From contig CP001848.1 of the NCBI GenBank assembly GCA_000025185.1, forward strand, positions 5,310,001 to 5,342,000: 32,000 nt of DNA. The letters run 5' to 3'. Position numbers and translations under genes: made by a program. This document shows positions 16,071 through 24,325 of the stretch, piece by piece (the stretch's first letter is position 1; every line of letters starts with the position of its first letter). The notes beneath the pieces were generated by a model, which was not told where the DNA came from, searched no databases, and saw nothing but the letters and a program-made list of their open reading frames with translations. The DNA comes from Pirellula staleyi DSM 6068. Lineage in GTDB: Bacteria; Planctomycetota; Planctomycetia; Pirellulales; Pirellulaceae.

Positions 16071-18361
16071 AGTCCTTCTCCCATGCGATCGACGCGCACA
16101 GCGCAGTCTTTGTAGGAAGGTTGGCGCGAATGAGGATCGTAGTGAGCGAGCGTCAGTTGGTTCACGGCAGCGTAGTGCATCGGGGCAAAGATGGTCCCAG
16201 GAGCGACCGTCGTCACCACGCAAGTGCGAGCAACAATCGTTGCGCGTCTCGAGCGCACTCGTACCGCACATGCATGGGTGATCCCAAGTCGCTCGGCATC
16301 TTCGGGATGTATTTCGATGTAGAGATCAGCCGGGTAGAGCTTACGCAGGACCGCCGATTTCGAAGTGCGCGTTTGCGTATGCCACTGCGCGACACTCCCT
16401 CGTCCGGTGAGCAAAAGGAGCGGAAATTCTGCGTTCGGCTGTTCAGGCATCGGACGTGGCGCGTCGAACAACAACTTGGCGCGGCCATCGGGGTGAAAGA
16501 ACTTTCCCTCTGAAAATAAACGCCGCTGCTGACTACCGATCGGCATCGGGCGCTCACTGAATCGGCTAGCCGCTGCAGCATCGCTCTCGGTCCAAGGCCA
16601 CTGTATGCCCCCCGCCTCATCGAGATGCTGATAGCCGCGAATTCCGGTGATATCGCAAGGTCGTCCACGCGAAAGTTCTTGAAGCACTGCAAAAACCTTG
16701 GCTGGCGAATCGAGTTCTTCGAATTGCTCGAGTCCCCCCCAGTACTTGGCAAGCAAGCGGAAGATCGAGAAGTCAGCCAAGGCAGACCCGGGCGATCGCT
16801 GCACACGTTTGATACGTCCCACACGGCGCTCGGAATTGATGAACGTTCCTTCTTTCTCGCCCCAAGGTGCAGCAGGGAGAATCAGATGCGCGAGCTGCGC
16901 AGTTTCCGTGGTGGTGTAAATATCTTGCACCACGAGGAAGTCGAGCTGTGCGAGAGCCTGGCGTGTCTCGGCCTGCTCGATCCAGGAATGAGCGGTGTTA
17001 GTGGCGATGATCCAGAGCCCACGAATCTTTCCTGCACGAACTGCATCGAGAATCTCGTCGTACGCCATGCCGCTCGAGCTAGGAATACGTGCCGCGTCGA
17101 TCCCTAGGATTTTTGCCACCTCGTGACGATGATCTTCACGCGTAAAATCACGACCTCCAGCGAGTGCCGAGGTGTTGCTGAACAGCCGCGAACCCATCGC
17201 ATTGCACTGACCAGTAATCGAGTTGGCACCCGTTCCTGGCCTACCAAAGTTTCCGGTGACGAGCGCCAAGTTGATAATACTCTGCGCCGTACGCACCCCC
17301 TGGTAACTTTGATTCACTCCCATCGTCCACCAGAACGATGTGCGCTCCGACTGATGCACCAGCCTGGCAAATCCCTCAATCTGCGACAGCGTCAATCCCG
17401 TCTCTAGCTGCAACCGTTCGAGGGTAAATGCCTCGAGAAACGCTTGAAATTCGGCATATCCGGAGGTGTGCTGCTCGATGTAATCCCGATCCATCCAGCC
17501 ACGCTCGATGAGCAAACGGGTGATGCCGTAGAAGAATGTTTGATCCGACTTGGGGCGAATAGCGAGATGCATGTGAGCCGCTTGTGCCGTCTCACTTTGG
17601 CGTGGATCGATCACCACGATTTTGGCTTGGCGACGATTCGCGAGGACACGCTCCCACAAAATCGGATGGGCAATGCACGGATTAGCGCCGACAAAAACCA
17701 GCAGGTCTGATTCTTCGAAATCGGAGTAGGTGTAAGGGGGGGCATCGAACCCGAGCGATTGCTTATAAGCGGTCGCAGCAGTTGCCATGCATTGCCGTGT
17801 ATTACTATCGCCGTGCAAAAAACCGAAACCAAATTTTGCGACCGCGCCGAGTAAGAACATCTCTTCGGTCGCGATCTGTCCGGTGCTCAGGAATGCCACA
17901 CTTTCAGGGCCATACTTGGCCTGGATCGACTGAAATTGATTTCGGAAATGCTCTGCGGCTTGATGCCAATCGATCGGTCGAAACTCGCCTGTGGATTGAT
18001 CGCGAAAAAGGGGAGTCGTCGCGCGATCGGGAGCCGACAGTGGCGCGAGACCTTCCCAACCTTTCGGGCAGGCCATGCCGAGGTTCACAGGATAGGACGT
18101 ATCGGGCGAGACATTGATCGCTTCACCATCGCGTAGATGAATCTTGAGTCCACAGCCAGTGGAGCAAAAGCCGCACACCATCGTGGTGGTGGTTTCCGGG
18201 GCGAGACGTTGCGGCAAGAGGGGAAGGCCGAGTTGTTCGTTTTGGAGCGAGAGTTCGCGAGTGAGAGGGCCATCCCAAGTACGGAGGAGCGAGTTTTCAT
18301 GGCTCGCGCGCGGCGCATCGTCGAGGTGGATCATTTGCAGAAGTGGCAACAGCTTGATCAT
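16067..18361 (-). CDS. nasA: Assimilatory nitrate reductase catalytic subunit (molybdopterin oxidoreductase, NasA/NarB type)
   Basis: It has the N-terminal [4Fe-4S] motif VCGFCSTGCGLKIH...MACPKG followed by molybdopterin oxidoreductase and dinucleotide-binding regions along the full length. The start is taken at ATG 18361 because it forms ATGA with the upstream stop; ATG 18334 (MIHLDD) is also possible. No twin-arginine signal and no C-terminal 2Fe-2S or flavin domain is present. Confidence 0.88.
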   Translation of the reverse strand: MIKLLPLLQMIHLDDAPRASHENSLLRTWDGPLTRELSLQNEQLGLPLLPQRLAPETTTTMVCGFCSTGCGLKIHLRDGEAINVSPDTSYPVNLGMACPKGWEGLAPLSAPDRATTPLFRDQSTGEFRPIDWHQAAEHFRNQFQSIQAKYGPESVAFLSTGQIATEEMFLLGAVAKFGFGFLHGDSNTRQCMATAATAYKQSLGFDAPPYTYSDFEESDLLVFVGANPCIAHPILWERVLANRRQAKIVVIDPRQSETAQAAHMHLAIRPKSDQTFFYGITRLLIERGWMDRDYIEQHTSGYAEFQAFLEAFTLERLQLETGLTLSQIEGFARLVHQSERTSFWWTMGVNQSYQGVRTAQSIINLALVTGNFGRPGTGANSITGQCNAMGSRLFSNTSALAGGRDFTREDHRHEVAKILGIDAARIPSSSGMAYDEILDAVRAGKIRGLWIIATNTAHSWIEQAETRQALAQLDFLVVQDIYTTTETAQLAHLILPAAPWGEKEGTFINSERRVGRIKRVQRSPGSALADFSIFRLLAKYWGGLEQFEELDSPAKVFAVLQELSRGRPCDITGIRGYQHLDEAGGIQWPWTESDAAAASRFSERPMPIGSQQRRLFSEGKFFHPDGRAKLLFDAPRPMPEQPNAEFPLLLLTGRGSVAQWHTQTRTSKSAVLRKLYPADLYIEIHPEDAERLGITHACAVRVRSRRATIVARTCVVTTVAPGTIFAPMHYAAVNQLTLAHYDPHSRQPSYKDCAVRVDRMGEGL

Positions 18362-20016
18362 CGGTCGTCTCCCGGCATTTTGGCGGGTGTGCATGCCTGG
18401 AAGTACAGCATTCGCTCGAGCAGATTTCCGAGGAGCAGAGTAACTGCACTGACTACCGCGATTGGGAAAACGGGAGTTTGTTGCATTGCGCTTTCTTGTG
18501 AGCTGGTAGCAATCAGGAGCAGAATCATCGGCCCCAGAAATCCGCCACAAACGATCGCGCTCATTTGCATTTGAAATGCATCCGACAGTGCATTACGCAG
18601 CAGAAGTGCGGTGCGCTCGAGACTTCGCGATGGATACTGCTGTCGCCTGCGGCGCGATTCATTCAGCGAAAACGCTTGCACGGAGGCCACCATCAGCGAA
18701 GCGAGCGCCAGCAGCGCCACAAGTGTTGGCTGATTACGGCTCGCGAGAATCACCACTGTGGCGACACCAAGCCCTAAACCAAGAGTGCTTCCCAAAAATC
18801 GCGGGAAGGTGCGCGAGGCATTCCAGTAATCGCGACCTGTGGCGACGTAGATCATCGCGGAGGAAATCACACCAACGATTCCCACGCAGAGTGCCAGCGA
18901 CGAGAGGCACGAGGCAAGAGTCGTAAAGCTGAGTAGCGCGAGCAAGGCAGCAAGGCCAAGCAGACCCCCATAGGGTCCAAGTGTGACGATTTCGCGACTG
19001 AGCCAACTGGTTCGCAGTCCCATCCATGCCCGCCAAGCACCAAACGGTTTTCCGAGATGAAGAGCCGCTGCATTTCCACCCACCAGACCGGTCGCTGCAC
19101 TCACGATCAGCAGTGCGAGCGACGCACGAGCATCAATGGCTCCCGCAGCAAAAAATATTCGCTCGAGCAGCAGAGTGCCGACCGACATTTGGGTTAGCAC
19201 CAGCATCGCGACGAGTGGAAAATGGGGATGAGCAATGTGCGGAAGCGTGTCGTTGGCGGCGACGATACCCGCCAATTCTCCCTGAATATCCGCAACATTT
19301 TGCAGTTTGGCGGAGCGATAGATGGTGGTGGGAATCGTGAGCGAGGGGTCGGGGCTAGCCGCGAGAAACGTCGACGTTTGGGCGCGCTGTCGCGCGGTCT
19401 GCTGCGAAACGATCGTGATCCGAATCGCCTGATTCGGACAACCGGCGACACAAGCCGGAGCATCTCCCGCCTCGAGTCGCTGGCGGCACATATCGCACTT
19501 CCGCACAATCCCTTTCGCGGCGCTATACTGCGGCACTTCGTAGGGGCACATCAAAATGCAGTACTGACATCCAATGCATTGATCGTCGAGATGGCGCACA
19601 ATCCCCGTAAGTGGATCTTTGTCGTACGCTTGGACGGGGCATCCCTGCAAACAGCCAGGCTCGACACAGTGGTGACAAGCTGTCGTCACATACTGCTGAG
19701 GACGACTTGCATCGCTGATCCCGAGCAGCATCCCGACATGTCGCCAAGTCTCTGCTTCCTCGAGTCCATTCAGGTTATGGCAAGCGGTGACGCAAGCTTT
19801 GCATCCCGAGCAGGCATCGAGATCGACTTCAAACGCCAACTGCTCGCCAGACTTCGGCGACGACGTGGGAAGTAGCGCGCGATAATGCGCGGCATGATCC
19901 ATCGTCTGCTGCTCGTGCCAACTGGAAAACTCCCCCACAGCCGTCAGTTGCTGCTGTTCGAGGAGCAATTGCCGTAGGAAATTATCTGCAGAAACGGTGG
20001 GAATCCGCTTCTCCAT
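18358..20016 (-). CDS. Fusion protein: DmsB/NrfC-like four-cluster ferredoxin (N-terminal) plus DmsC/NrfD-like 8-TM membrane anchor (C-terminal)
   Basis: There are four Cys clusters: CSGCKACVTAC, CHHCVEPGCLQGCP, CIGCQYCILMCP and CDMCRQRLEAGDAPACVAGCP. About eight hydrophobic helices follow, with the DmsC-type loop HLGKPFGAWRAWMGLRTSWLSREI after TM2. The start is taken at MEKRIP (20016), 13 nt after the nrtD stop. No signal or Tat motif is present. Confidence 0.8.
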   Translation of the reverse strand: MEKRIPTVSADNFLRQLLLEQQQLTAVGEFSSWHEQQTMDHAAHYRALLPTSSPKSGEQLAFEVDLDACSGCKACVTACHNLNGLEEAETWRHVGMLLGISDASRPQQYVTTACHHCVEPGCLQGCPVQAYDKDPLTGIVRHLDDQCIGCQYCILMCPYEVPQYSAAKGIVRKCDMCRQRLEAGDAPACVAGCPNQAIRITIVSQQTARQRAQTSTFLAASPDPSLTIPTTIYRSAKLQNVADIQGELAGIVAANDTLPHIAHPHFPLVAMLVLTQMSVGTLLLERIFFAAGAIDARASLALLIVSAATGLVGGNAAALHLGKPFGAWRAWMGLRTSWLSREIVTLGPYGGLLGLAALLALLSFTTLASCLSSLALCVGIVGVISSAMIYVATGRDYWNASRTFPRFLGSTLGLGLGVATVVILASRNQPTLVALLALASLMVASVQAFSLNESRRRRQQYPSRSLERTALLLRNALSDAFQMQMSAIVCGGFLGPMILLLIATSSQESAMQQTPVFPIAVVSAVTLLLGNLLERMLYFQACTPAKMPGDDR

Positions 20017-20029
20017 CGGTGCCGGAAGA

Positions 20030-20941
20030 TTAACCACAGCGAGTCTCCGGCACTTCAGGCGTGGGGAAGACTCGCATGCCATCGCGCGGCACTACTGCTG
20101 TTGCTGCTACCGGGATTGCAGGAACAGGCTCAGCTTCCGCAATCGTAGATTTTAGAGCCGTCGGAACGAGGTGAGCATGTTCGAGGAAATCGAGCATGCG
20201 ATGTCGGAGCAGATGATACTCGGGGTGAGCCAACACAGCGGTGCGATGACGCGGTCGATCAAAAGGGACGTGCAGAATCTCTCCCACCGTCGCCGCAGGA
20301 CCGCTGGTCATCATCACCACACGGTCGGACATGAAGAGTGCTTCGTCGATGTCGTGCGTCACCATCAGTGTGGTCGCTTTGGTTTGCGCGAGGAGTTCGA
20401 TAAGCACCTCTTGCAGCTCGAAACGAGTGAGCGAGTCGAGCATCCCAAAGGGTTCATCGAGCAGGATCATTTTGGGAGCCAGTGCAAAGGCACGCGCAAT
20501 TCCGACGCGCTGCTGCATCCCTTGCGAGAGCTCTTTTGCGAGCTGTTTGGCCGAATCGGCAAGCCCTACAAGTTCCAGGTAGTAGTGCGCCATCGCGCGC
20601 CGCTCGGCCCGCGGCACATGCGGGAAAACACGGTCAATTCCGAGCAAAACGTTATCAATCGCCGTGAGCCAAGGGAGCAGGCAAGGGGACTGAAAAACCA
20701 CGCCCCGATCGGGACCAGGGCCATCGATTTCGCGTCGCGCCACGACGATCTGACCGCGCGAGATGGTCGTCAATCCGGCAATCATCGAGAGGACGGTGCT
20801 CTTCCCACAGCCGGAGTGACCAATCAGCGAAACGAACTCCCCCTCGGCGATGTCGAGATTGAAATTGTCGACGATCACCACATCGCCACTCGTTTGGGGA
20901 TAGGTTTTGGCGACGCGATAAAGTTCGACATAGTCGGCCAT
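20030..20941 (-). CDS. nrtD: Nitrate/nitrite ABC transporter ATP-binding protein (NrtD/CmpD type)
   Basis: [15 protein letters not shown]...[19 protein letters not shown] (Walker A), [16 protein letters not shown] (signature), [15 protein letters not shown] (Walker B), [25 protein letters not shown]. This closely resembles the cyanobacterial NrtD pattern as I recall it. The longer ORF, to 21028, starts at GTG and adds a non-protein-like leader. Confidence 0.85.
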   Translation of the reverse strand: MADYVELYRVAKTYPQTSGDVVIVDNFNLDIAEGEFVSLIGHSGCGKSTVLSMIAGLTTISRGQIVVARREIDGPGPDRGVVFQSPCLLPWLTAIDNVLLGIDRVFPHVPRAERRAMAHYYLELVGLADSAKQLAKELSQGMQQRVGIARAFALAPKMILLDEPFGMLDSLTRFELQEVLIELLAQTKATTLMVTHDIDEALFMSDRVVMMTSGPAATVGEILHVPFDRPRHRTAVLAHPEYHLLRHRMLDFLEHAHLVPTALKSTIAEAEPVPAIPVAATAVVPRDGMRVFPTPEVPETRCG

Positions 20942-20987
20942 GATGCACTCGCGATAGCTGGCTGGTGATCGACAAAATTCATCCGCA

Positions 20988-21044
20988 CCGAGGGGCTGGG
21001 CGCGAGGACTACCGAAGTAGCCTCGCACACGCAGCCCCTCTCGG
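20988..21044 (-). other. Extended intercistronic stem-loop between the two ATPase genes
   Basis: Minus strand: CCGAGAGGGGCTG-cgtgt-GCGAGGCTAC-TTCG-GTAGTCCTCGC-gcc-CAGCCCCTCGG. The inner 10-bp stem has one bulged A and a UUCG tetraloop. The outer 11-bp stem has a 2-nt bulge. No U-tract follows. Confidence 0.6.
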
Positions 21045-21070
21045 CGGAGAAGGTGAACGGTTGAAGGGAC

Positions 21071-21955
21071 TTAGCTACTCGCCAGCGCAGAGGGACGACG
21101 TAGCGATCGCGCGGGGAGTTGGCGAGGCTGATACTTGGGGGCACTGATACCTTGACGTTGCTGGCTGCTCGGAGCCTTGCGTTTGCTATCTACAAGTGTT
21201 TGCGTGATCTCGGCACGCAGCTGTACGAACGTTGGATCGTGAGCGAGTTCGGCCAGATTACGCGGGCGAGCGAGTGCCACTTCCACCGAGGTCCCCAGTG
21301 TTGCGCTCGGACCGGGCGAGAGTGGAACGATCCGATCGGCCAGCATTAGCGCTTCGTCGACGTGGTTGGTGATCAGCACGATTGTTTTGTTTTCACGCAG
21401 GAAAATCTGCTGTAATTCTTTTTGCAGCTCGCCACGGGTCAGCGCGTCAAGGGCTCCGAGGGGCTCGTCGAGCAGCAGCACTTGGGGGTCCATTGCCAGA
21501 GCGCGAGCCAAGGCCACGCGCTGCCGCATGCCGCCCGACAGCTGCGCGGGCTTGCGATCTTTGGCATGCGCGAGATTCACAAGTTCCAGATAGTGCATCG
21601 CGCGATCGCGACGATCGGCTGTCGATTTTCCTGGCGTGACCTGCGAAACCGCGAGCAGAACGTTATCGAGCGCCGAGAGCCAGGGCAGCAGCGAGTAGTT
21701 TTGAAACACTACGCCGCGCTCGGGACCAGGCTCGCTCACAGCGGCACCGTCGAACAGAACCTGTCCCACATCGGGCTGCGTGAGTCCGGCGAGCAGAGAA
21801 ACTAGTGTCGACTTACCCGATCCTGAGTAACCCACGATGGCCACCATCTCGCCGCGGCGAACGTCGAGCGAAACATCGTGCAGCACTTCGCGGCGCGCGA
21901 TCCCCGCTCCATACCCTTTCGACACATGCTGCAGCGATAAGCAGATGGGCATCAT
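21071..21955 (-). CDS. nrtC: Nitrate/nitrite ABC transporter ATP-binding protein (NrtC-like ATPase domain only)
   Basis: MMPICLSLQHVSKGYGAG...IVGYSGSGKSTLVSLLAGL (Walker A), LSGGMRQRVALARALA (signature), LLLDEPLGALDALTR (Walker B), ITNHVDEALMLADRIVPLSPGP. It lacks the C-terminal NrtA-like regulatory domain of cyanobacterial NrtC. The tracked ORF's first 141 codons overlap nrtB out of frame and are discarded. Confidence 0.8.
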   Translation of the reverse strand: MMPICLSLQHVSKGYGAGIARREVLHDVSLDVRRGEMVAIVGYSGSGKSTLVSLLAGLTQPDVGQVLFDGAAVSEPGPERGVVFQNYSLLPWLSALDNVLLAVSQVTPGKSTADRRDRAMHYLELVNLAHAKDRKPAQLSGGMRQRVALARALAMDPQVLLLDEPLGALDALTRGELQKELQQIFLRENKTIVLITNHVDEALMLADRIVPLSPGPSATLGTSVEVALARPRNLAELAHDPTFVQLRAEITQTLVDSKRKAPSSQQRQGISAPKYQPRQLPARSLRRPSALASS

Positions 21956-22026
21956 TGCGAAGATCCTGGAAGTGAGCAGATATCGATTGAAAACGACAGG
22001 GAAACCAGCGAGAGAAACACGAAGCT

Positions 22027-22866
22027 CTAGGCATAGCGAACCCAGCGTTCGACGATGCTCATCAAGCGATCGAGCGCGAGCCCCACCGCGCCGATCGTGA
22101 GGATGCACAGCAAAATGTGCTCGTAAATCAGGCTGTTGTACTCTTGCCAGAGAAACCCACCGACTCCGGGTACGCCGGTGAGCATCTCGGCGGCCACAAT
22201 CACGAGCCAGGCGATGCCGAGGCTCAATCGAAAACCGGTGAACATGTAGGGGAGGGCAGCGGGGAGCATGATTTTCCAGAGCATCGTCCAGCTCGACAGC
22301 CGCAGGACACGGGCGACATTCAAATAGTCTTGAGGAATGGCTCGCACTCCTTGGGCCGTGTTGATGACCGTCGGCCACATCGAGCAGAGGGCGATGGTGA
22401 AGATGGCCGCTGGTTCCGACTTACCAAAGAGGACGAGTCCTAGCGGCAGCCAGGCCAGTGGTGAAACAGGCCGTAGGAACTGAATCACCGGATCGAACAT
22501 GCGAGTCAGCAGCGGCGAGCTACCGAGTGCAAAGCCGAGGGGAGCTCCGAGGACGATCGCCAGCAGATAGCCTTTGGCGACGAGCACCAAGGAGTACCAG
22601 GTGAATCGCAGGATGCCTTGATCGAGTTCGCCCCGCTTGGCAAAGGGCTCCATCACATACAGCCGACTCATCTCCCAGGTCTTCAGCGGCGAGGGGAGAC
22701 TGGGAGCCCACGTGGCGGACGAGATCCACCAGACGGCGACAAACAGGAGCGCCCCGACCAGTGGCAGGAGGATAAAGTCGCCAGGAAATCGTTTGTCTTG
22801 CATCGGATTCACGCTTTGCTCAAGTCCCAGATAACGCCAGACCACACCGCGAACTGCAGCGCCCAC
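22027..22866 (-). CDS. nrtB: Nitrate/nitrite ABC transporter permease
   Basis: A 6-TM permease with the NrtB-type segment LRPVSPLAWLPLGLVLFGKSEPAAIFTIALCSMWPTVINTAQGVRAIPQDYLNVARVLRLS. The GTG at 22866 overlaps the nrtA stop (TAGTG). An alternative ATG lies at 22803 (MQDKRF). Confidence 0.85.
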   Translation of the reverse strand: MGAAVRGVVWRYLGLEQSVNPMQDKRFPGDFILLPLVGALLFVAVWWISSATWAPSLPSPLKTWEMSRLYVMEPFAKRGELDQGILRFTWYSLVLVAKGYLLAIVLGAPLGFALGSSPLLTRMFDPVIQFLRPVSPLAWLPLGLVLFGKSEPAAIFTIALCSMWPTVINTAQGVRAIPQDYLNVARVLRLSSWTMLWKIMLPAALPYMFTGFRLSLGIAWLVIVAAEMLTGVPGVGGFLWQEYNSLIYEHILLCILTIGAVGLALDRLMSIVERWVRYA

Positions 22867-24203
22867 TAGCCATCTTTCCGGCTATGGACCTGGAACGAGA
22901 GGGCATATTCCTCGGGCTTCGCGGGGTCGAAAGTCACACCGTCGAAGAGTGTCTCGGGGGTGGAGTCTTCGCCCGGATGCTGAAAACCGATCTCTTGCAT
23001 CGCTTCGTTGTAAAGATCGGGGCGGAGGACCTGCTGGCAGACTCCGTCGTAGTCGGGAGCCTCGTCGACCATCCCCCAGCGACGGAACTGCGACAGCCAC
23101 CACTTCACATATTTCTGCTGCGGATAGTTACAGTGGCGGCTGCTGAAGATCATGTAGTGATCGTCTTTTTTCGTGCGTCCATCGCCGTAGTCGTAGTCCC
23201 CGAGCAAACGCCCCTGAATGATCTCTTGCGGGCCATTGATGTACGTGGGAGCCGAAACGATCTTGGCTTGCTCGGGACGGTTGCCGAGGTCATCGAGCCA
23301 TACACTCGCTTCGTGGAGCGCTTTAAGAACTGCCTTCACCGTCTTGGGGTTCTGCTCTGCAAATTCCCCCGTGAAAGCGCACACTTTTTCGGGATGGTCG
23401 GGCCACATCTCTTGGGTGGTGATGGCGGTATAGCCAATGCCGTCTTGAATGGCGCGAGCATTCCAAGGCTCGCCAACGCAGAAGCCATCCATCTTGTCGA
23501 TCTTCATGTTGGCTACCATTTGGGGTGGCGGAATGGTGGCCAAAGCGATATCGCGATCGGGATTAATCCCACCTGCCGCCAGGAAGTAGCGCATCCACAT
23601 GGCATGCGTTCCGGGAGGAAACGTCATGGCGAAGGTCATCGGAGTCCCTGCAGCTGCAGCAGCAGCGACGATCGGCTTCAAAGCTTTTGGATCGGCGGCG
23701 ACTTTGCCTTTGAGCGAAGCCTTGAGAGAAATCGCTTGTCCGTTGCGATTCATGATCCAAGGAATCACCATCGGCCGTTTGGGGGAACCGAGGAGCCCCA
23801 TCGTCGAGGCGATCGGCATGCCAAACAGCATGTGGGTGGCGTGAATGTCGCCGTTGGAGAGCGAGTCGCGAATCGCGGCCCAACTGGCCCCTTTGCGAAC
23901 GGTGGAGTTGATGCCGTATTTTTTGAAGAGCCCCTTTTCGTGGGCGATCACAATTGGCGAGCAATCGGTGAGAGCAATGATGCCGAAGTTGAGATCGGTG
24001 ACCTCGGGTGCTTCACCAGCGATGGTTCCGGCGGGAACAGCACCGACGTCGGCCGACGCAGAGGCATCGGCGGCAGGAACTCCGCAGCCCGCGATGAGAG
24101 TCGAACCACTGACAGCAGCGGCAGCAGCGAGAAAGCTGCGGCGGGAGACTTGGCTGGATTGCAGAGCAGGGGACTGCAGGGGGCGAGGCGCTGATTTCGA
24201 CAT
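22866..24203 (-). CDS. nrtA: Nitrate/nitrite ABC transporter substrate-binding lipoprotein
   Basis: The start is taken at ATG 24203. MSKSAPRPLQSPALQSSQVSRRSFLAAAAAVSGSTLIAGC combines a twin-arginine motif with a lipobox. The mature part is NrtA/CmpA-like (NFGIIALTDCSPIVIAHEKGLFKKYGINSTV...GEPWNARAI...). The upstream 67 codons of the tracked ORF are not protein-like. Confidence 0.85.
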   Translation of the reverse strand: MSKSAPRPLQSPALQSSQVSRRSFLAAAAAVSGSTLIAGCGVPAADASASADVGAVPAGTIAGEAPEVTDLNFGIIALTDCSPIVIAHEKGLFKKYGINSTVRKGASWAAIRDSLSNGDIHATHMLFGMPIASTMGLLGSPKRPMVIPWIMNRNGQAISLKASLKGKVAADPKALKPIVAAAAAAGTPMTFAMTFPPGTHAMWMRYFLAAGGINPDRDIALATIPPPQMVANMKIDKMDGFCVGEPWNARAIQDGIGYTAITTQEMWPDHPEKVCAFTGEFAEQNPKTVKAVLKALHEASVWLDDLGNRPEQAKIVSAPTYINGPQEIIQGRLLGDYDYGDGRTKKDDHYMIFSSRHCNYPQQKYVKWWLSQFRRWGMVDEAPDYDGVCQQVLRPDLYNEAMQEIGFQHPGEDSTPETLFDGVTFDPAKPEEYALSFQVHSRKDG

Positions 24204-24278
24204 CGGCTGTGCTCTCGAAAAGGCGGTGGAGTGCTCGCGGCGGGCAAAGTGACCACGCTGCGACCGCCTGCTGAAGAA

Positions 24279-24294
24279 AGCTACCGGTGTGCCA
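24279..24294 (-). promoter_or_regulatory. Candidate sigma-54 (-24/-12) promoter for the nrt-nas-nir operon
   Basis: The minus strand reads TTGGCACACCGGTAGCTT. GG and GC have exactly the consensus spacing (TGGCAC-N5-TTGC), with one mismatch in the -12 box (TAGC for TTGC). The predicted start is ~24268, about 65 nt upstream of the nrtA ATG. This is a pattern match only. Confidence 0.4.
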
Positions 24295-24325
24295 AAGAAA
24301 GTGCGTGCAGCGTGACCAGCAGCCT

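Noticed and set aside
18362-18550. Upstream extension of the nasA ORF containing 'GRRPM', considered as a Tat signal.
   Set aside because: No hydrophobic h-region follows, the consensus is poor, and the extension overlaps the preceding gene by ~190 nt. The ATGA-coupled start at 18361 is far more plausible.
21956-22378. First 141 codons of ORF 21071-22378.
   Set aside because: They overlap nrtB in another frame and are Arg/His-rich. The ABC ATPase homology begins only at MMPICLSLQHVSKGY.
22884-24194. 436-aa plus-strand ORF antisense to nrtA.
   Set aside because: It is a shadow ORF of a high-GC gene. The nrtA frame has a clear Tat/lipobox signal and NrtA-like sequence, and the antisense product has none.
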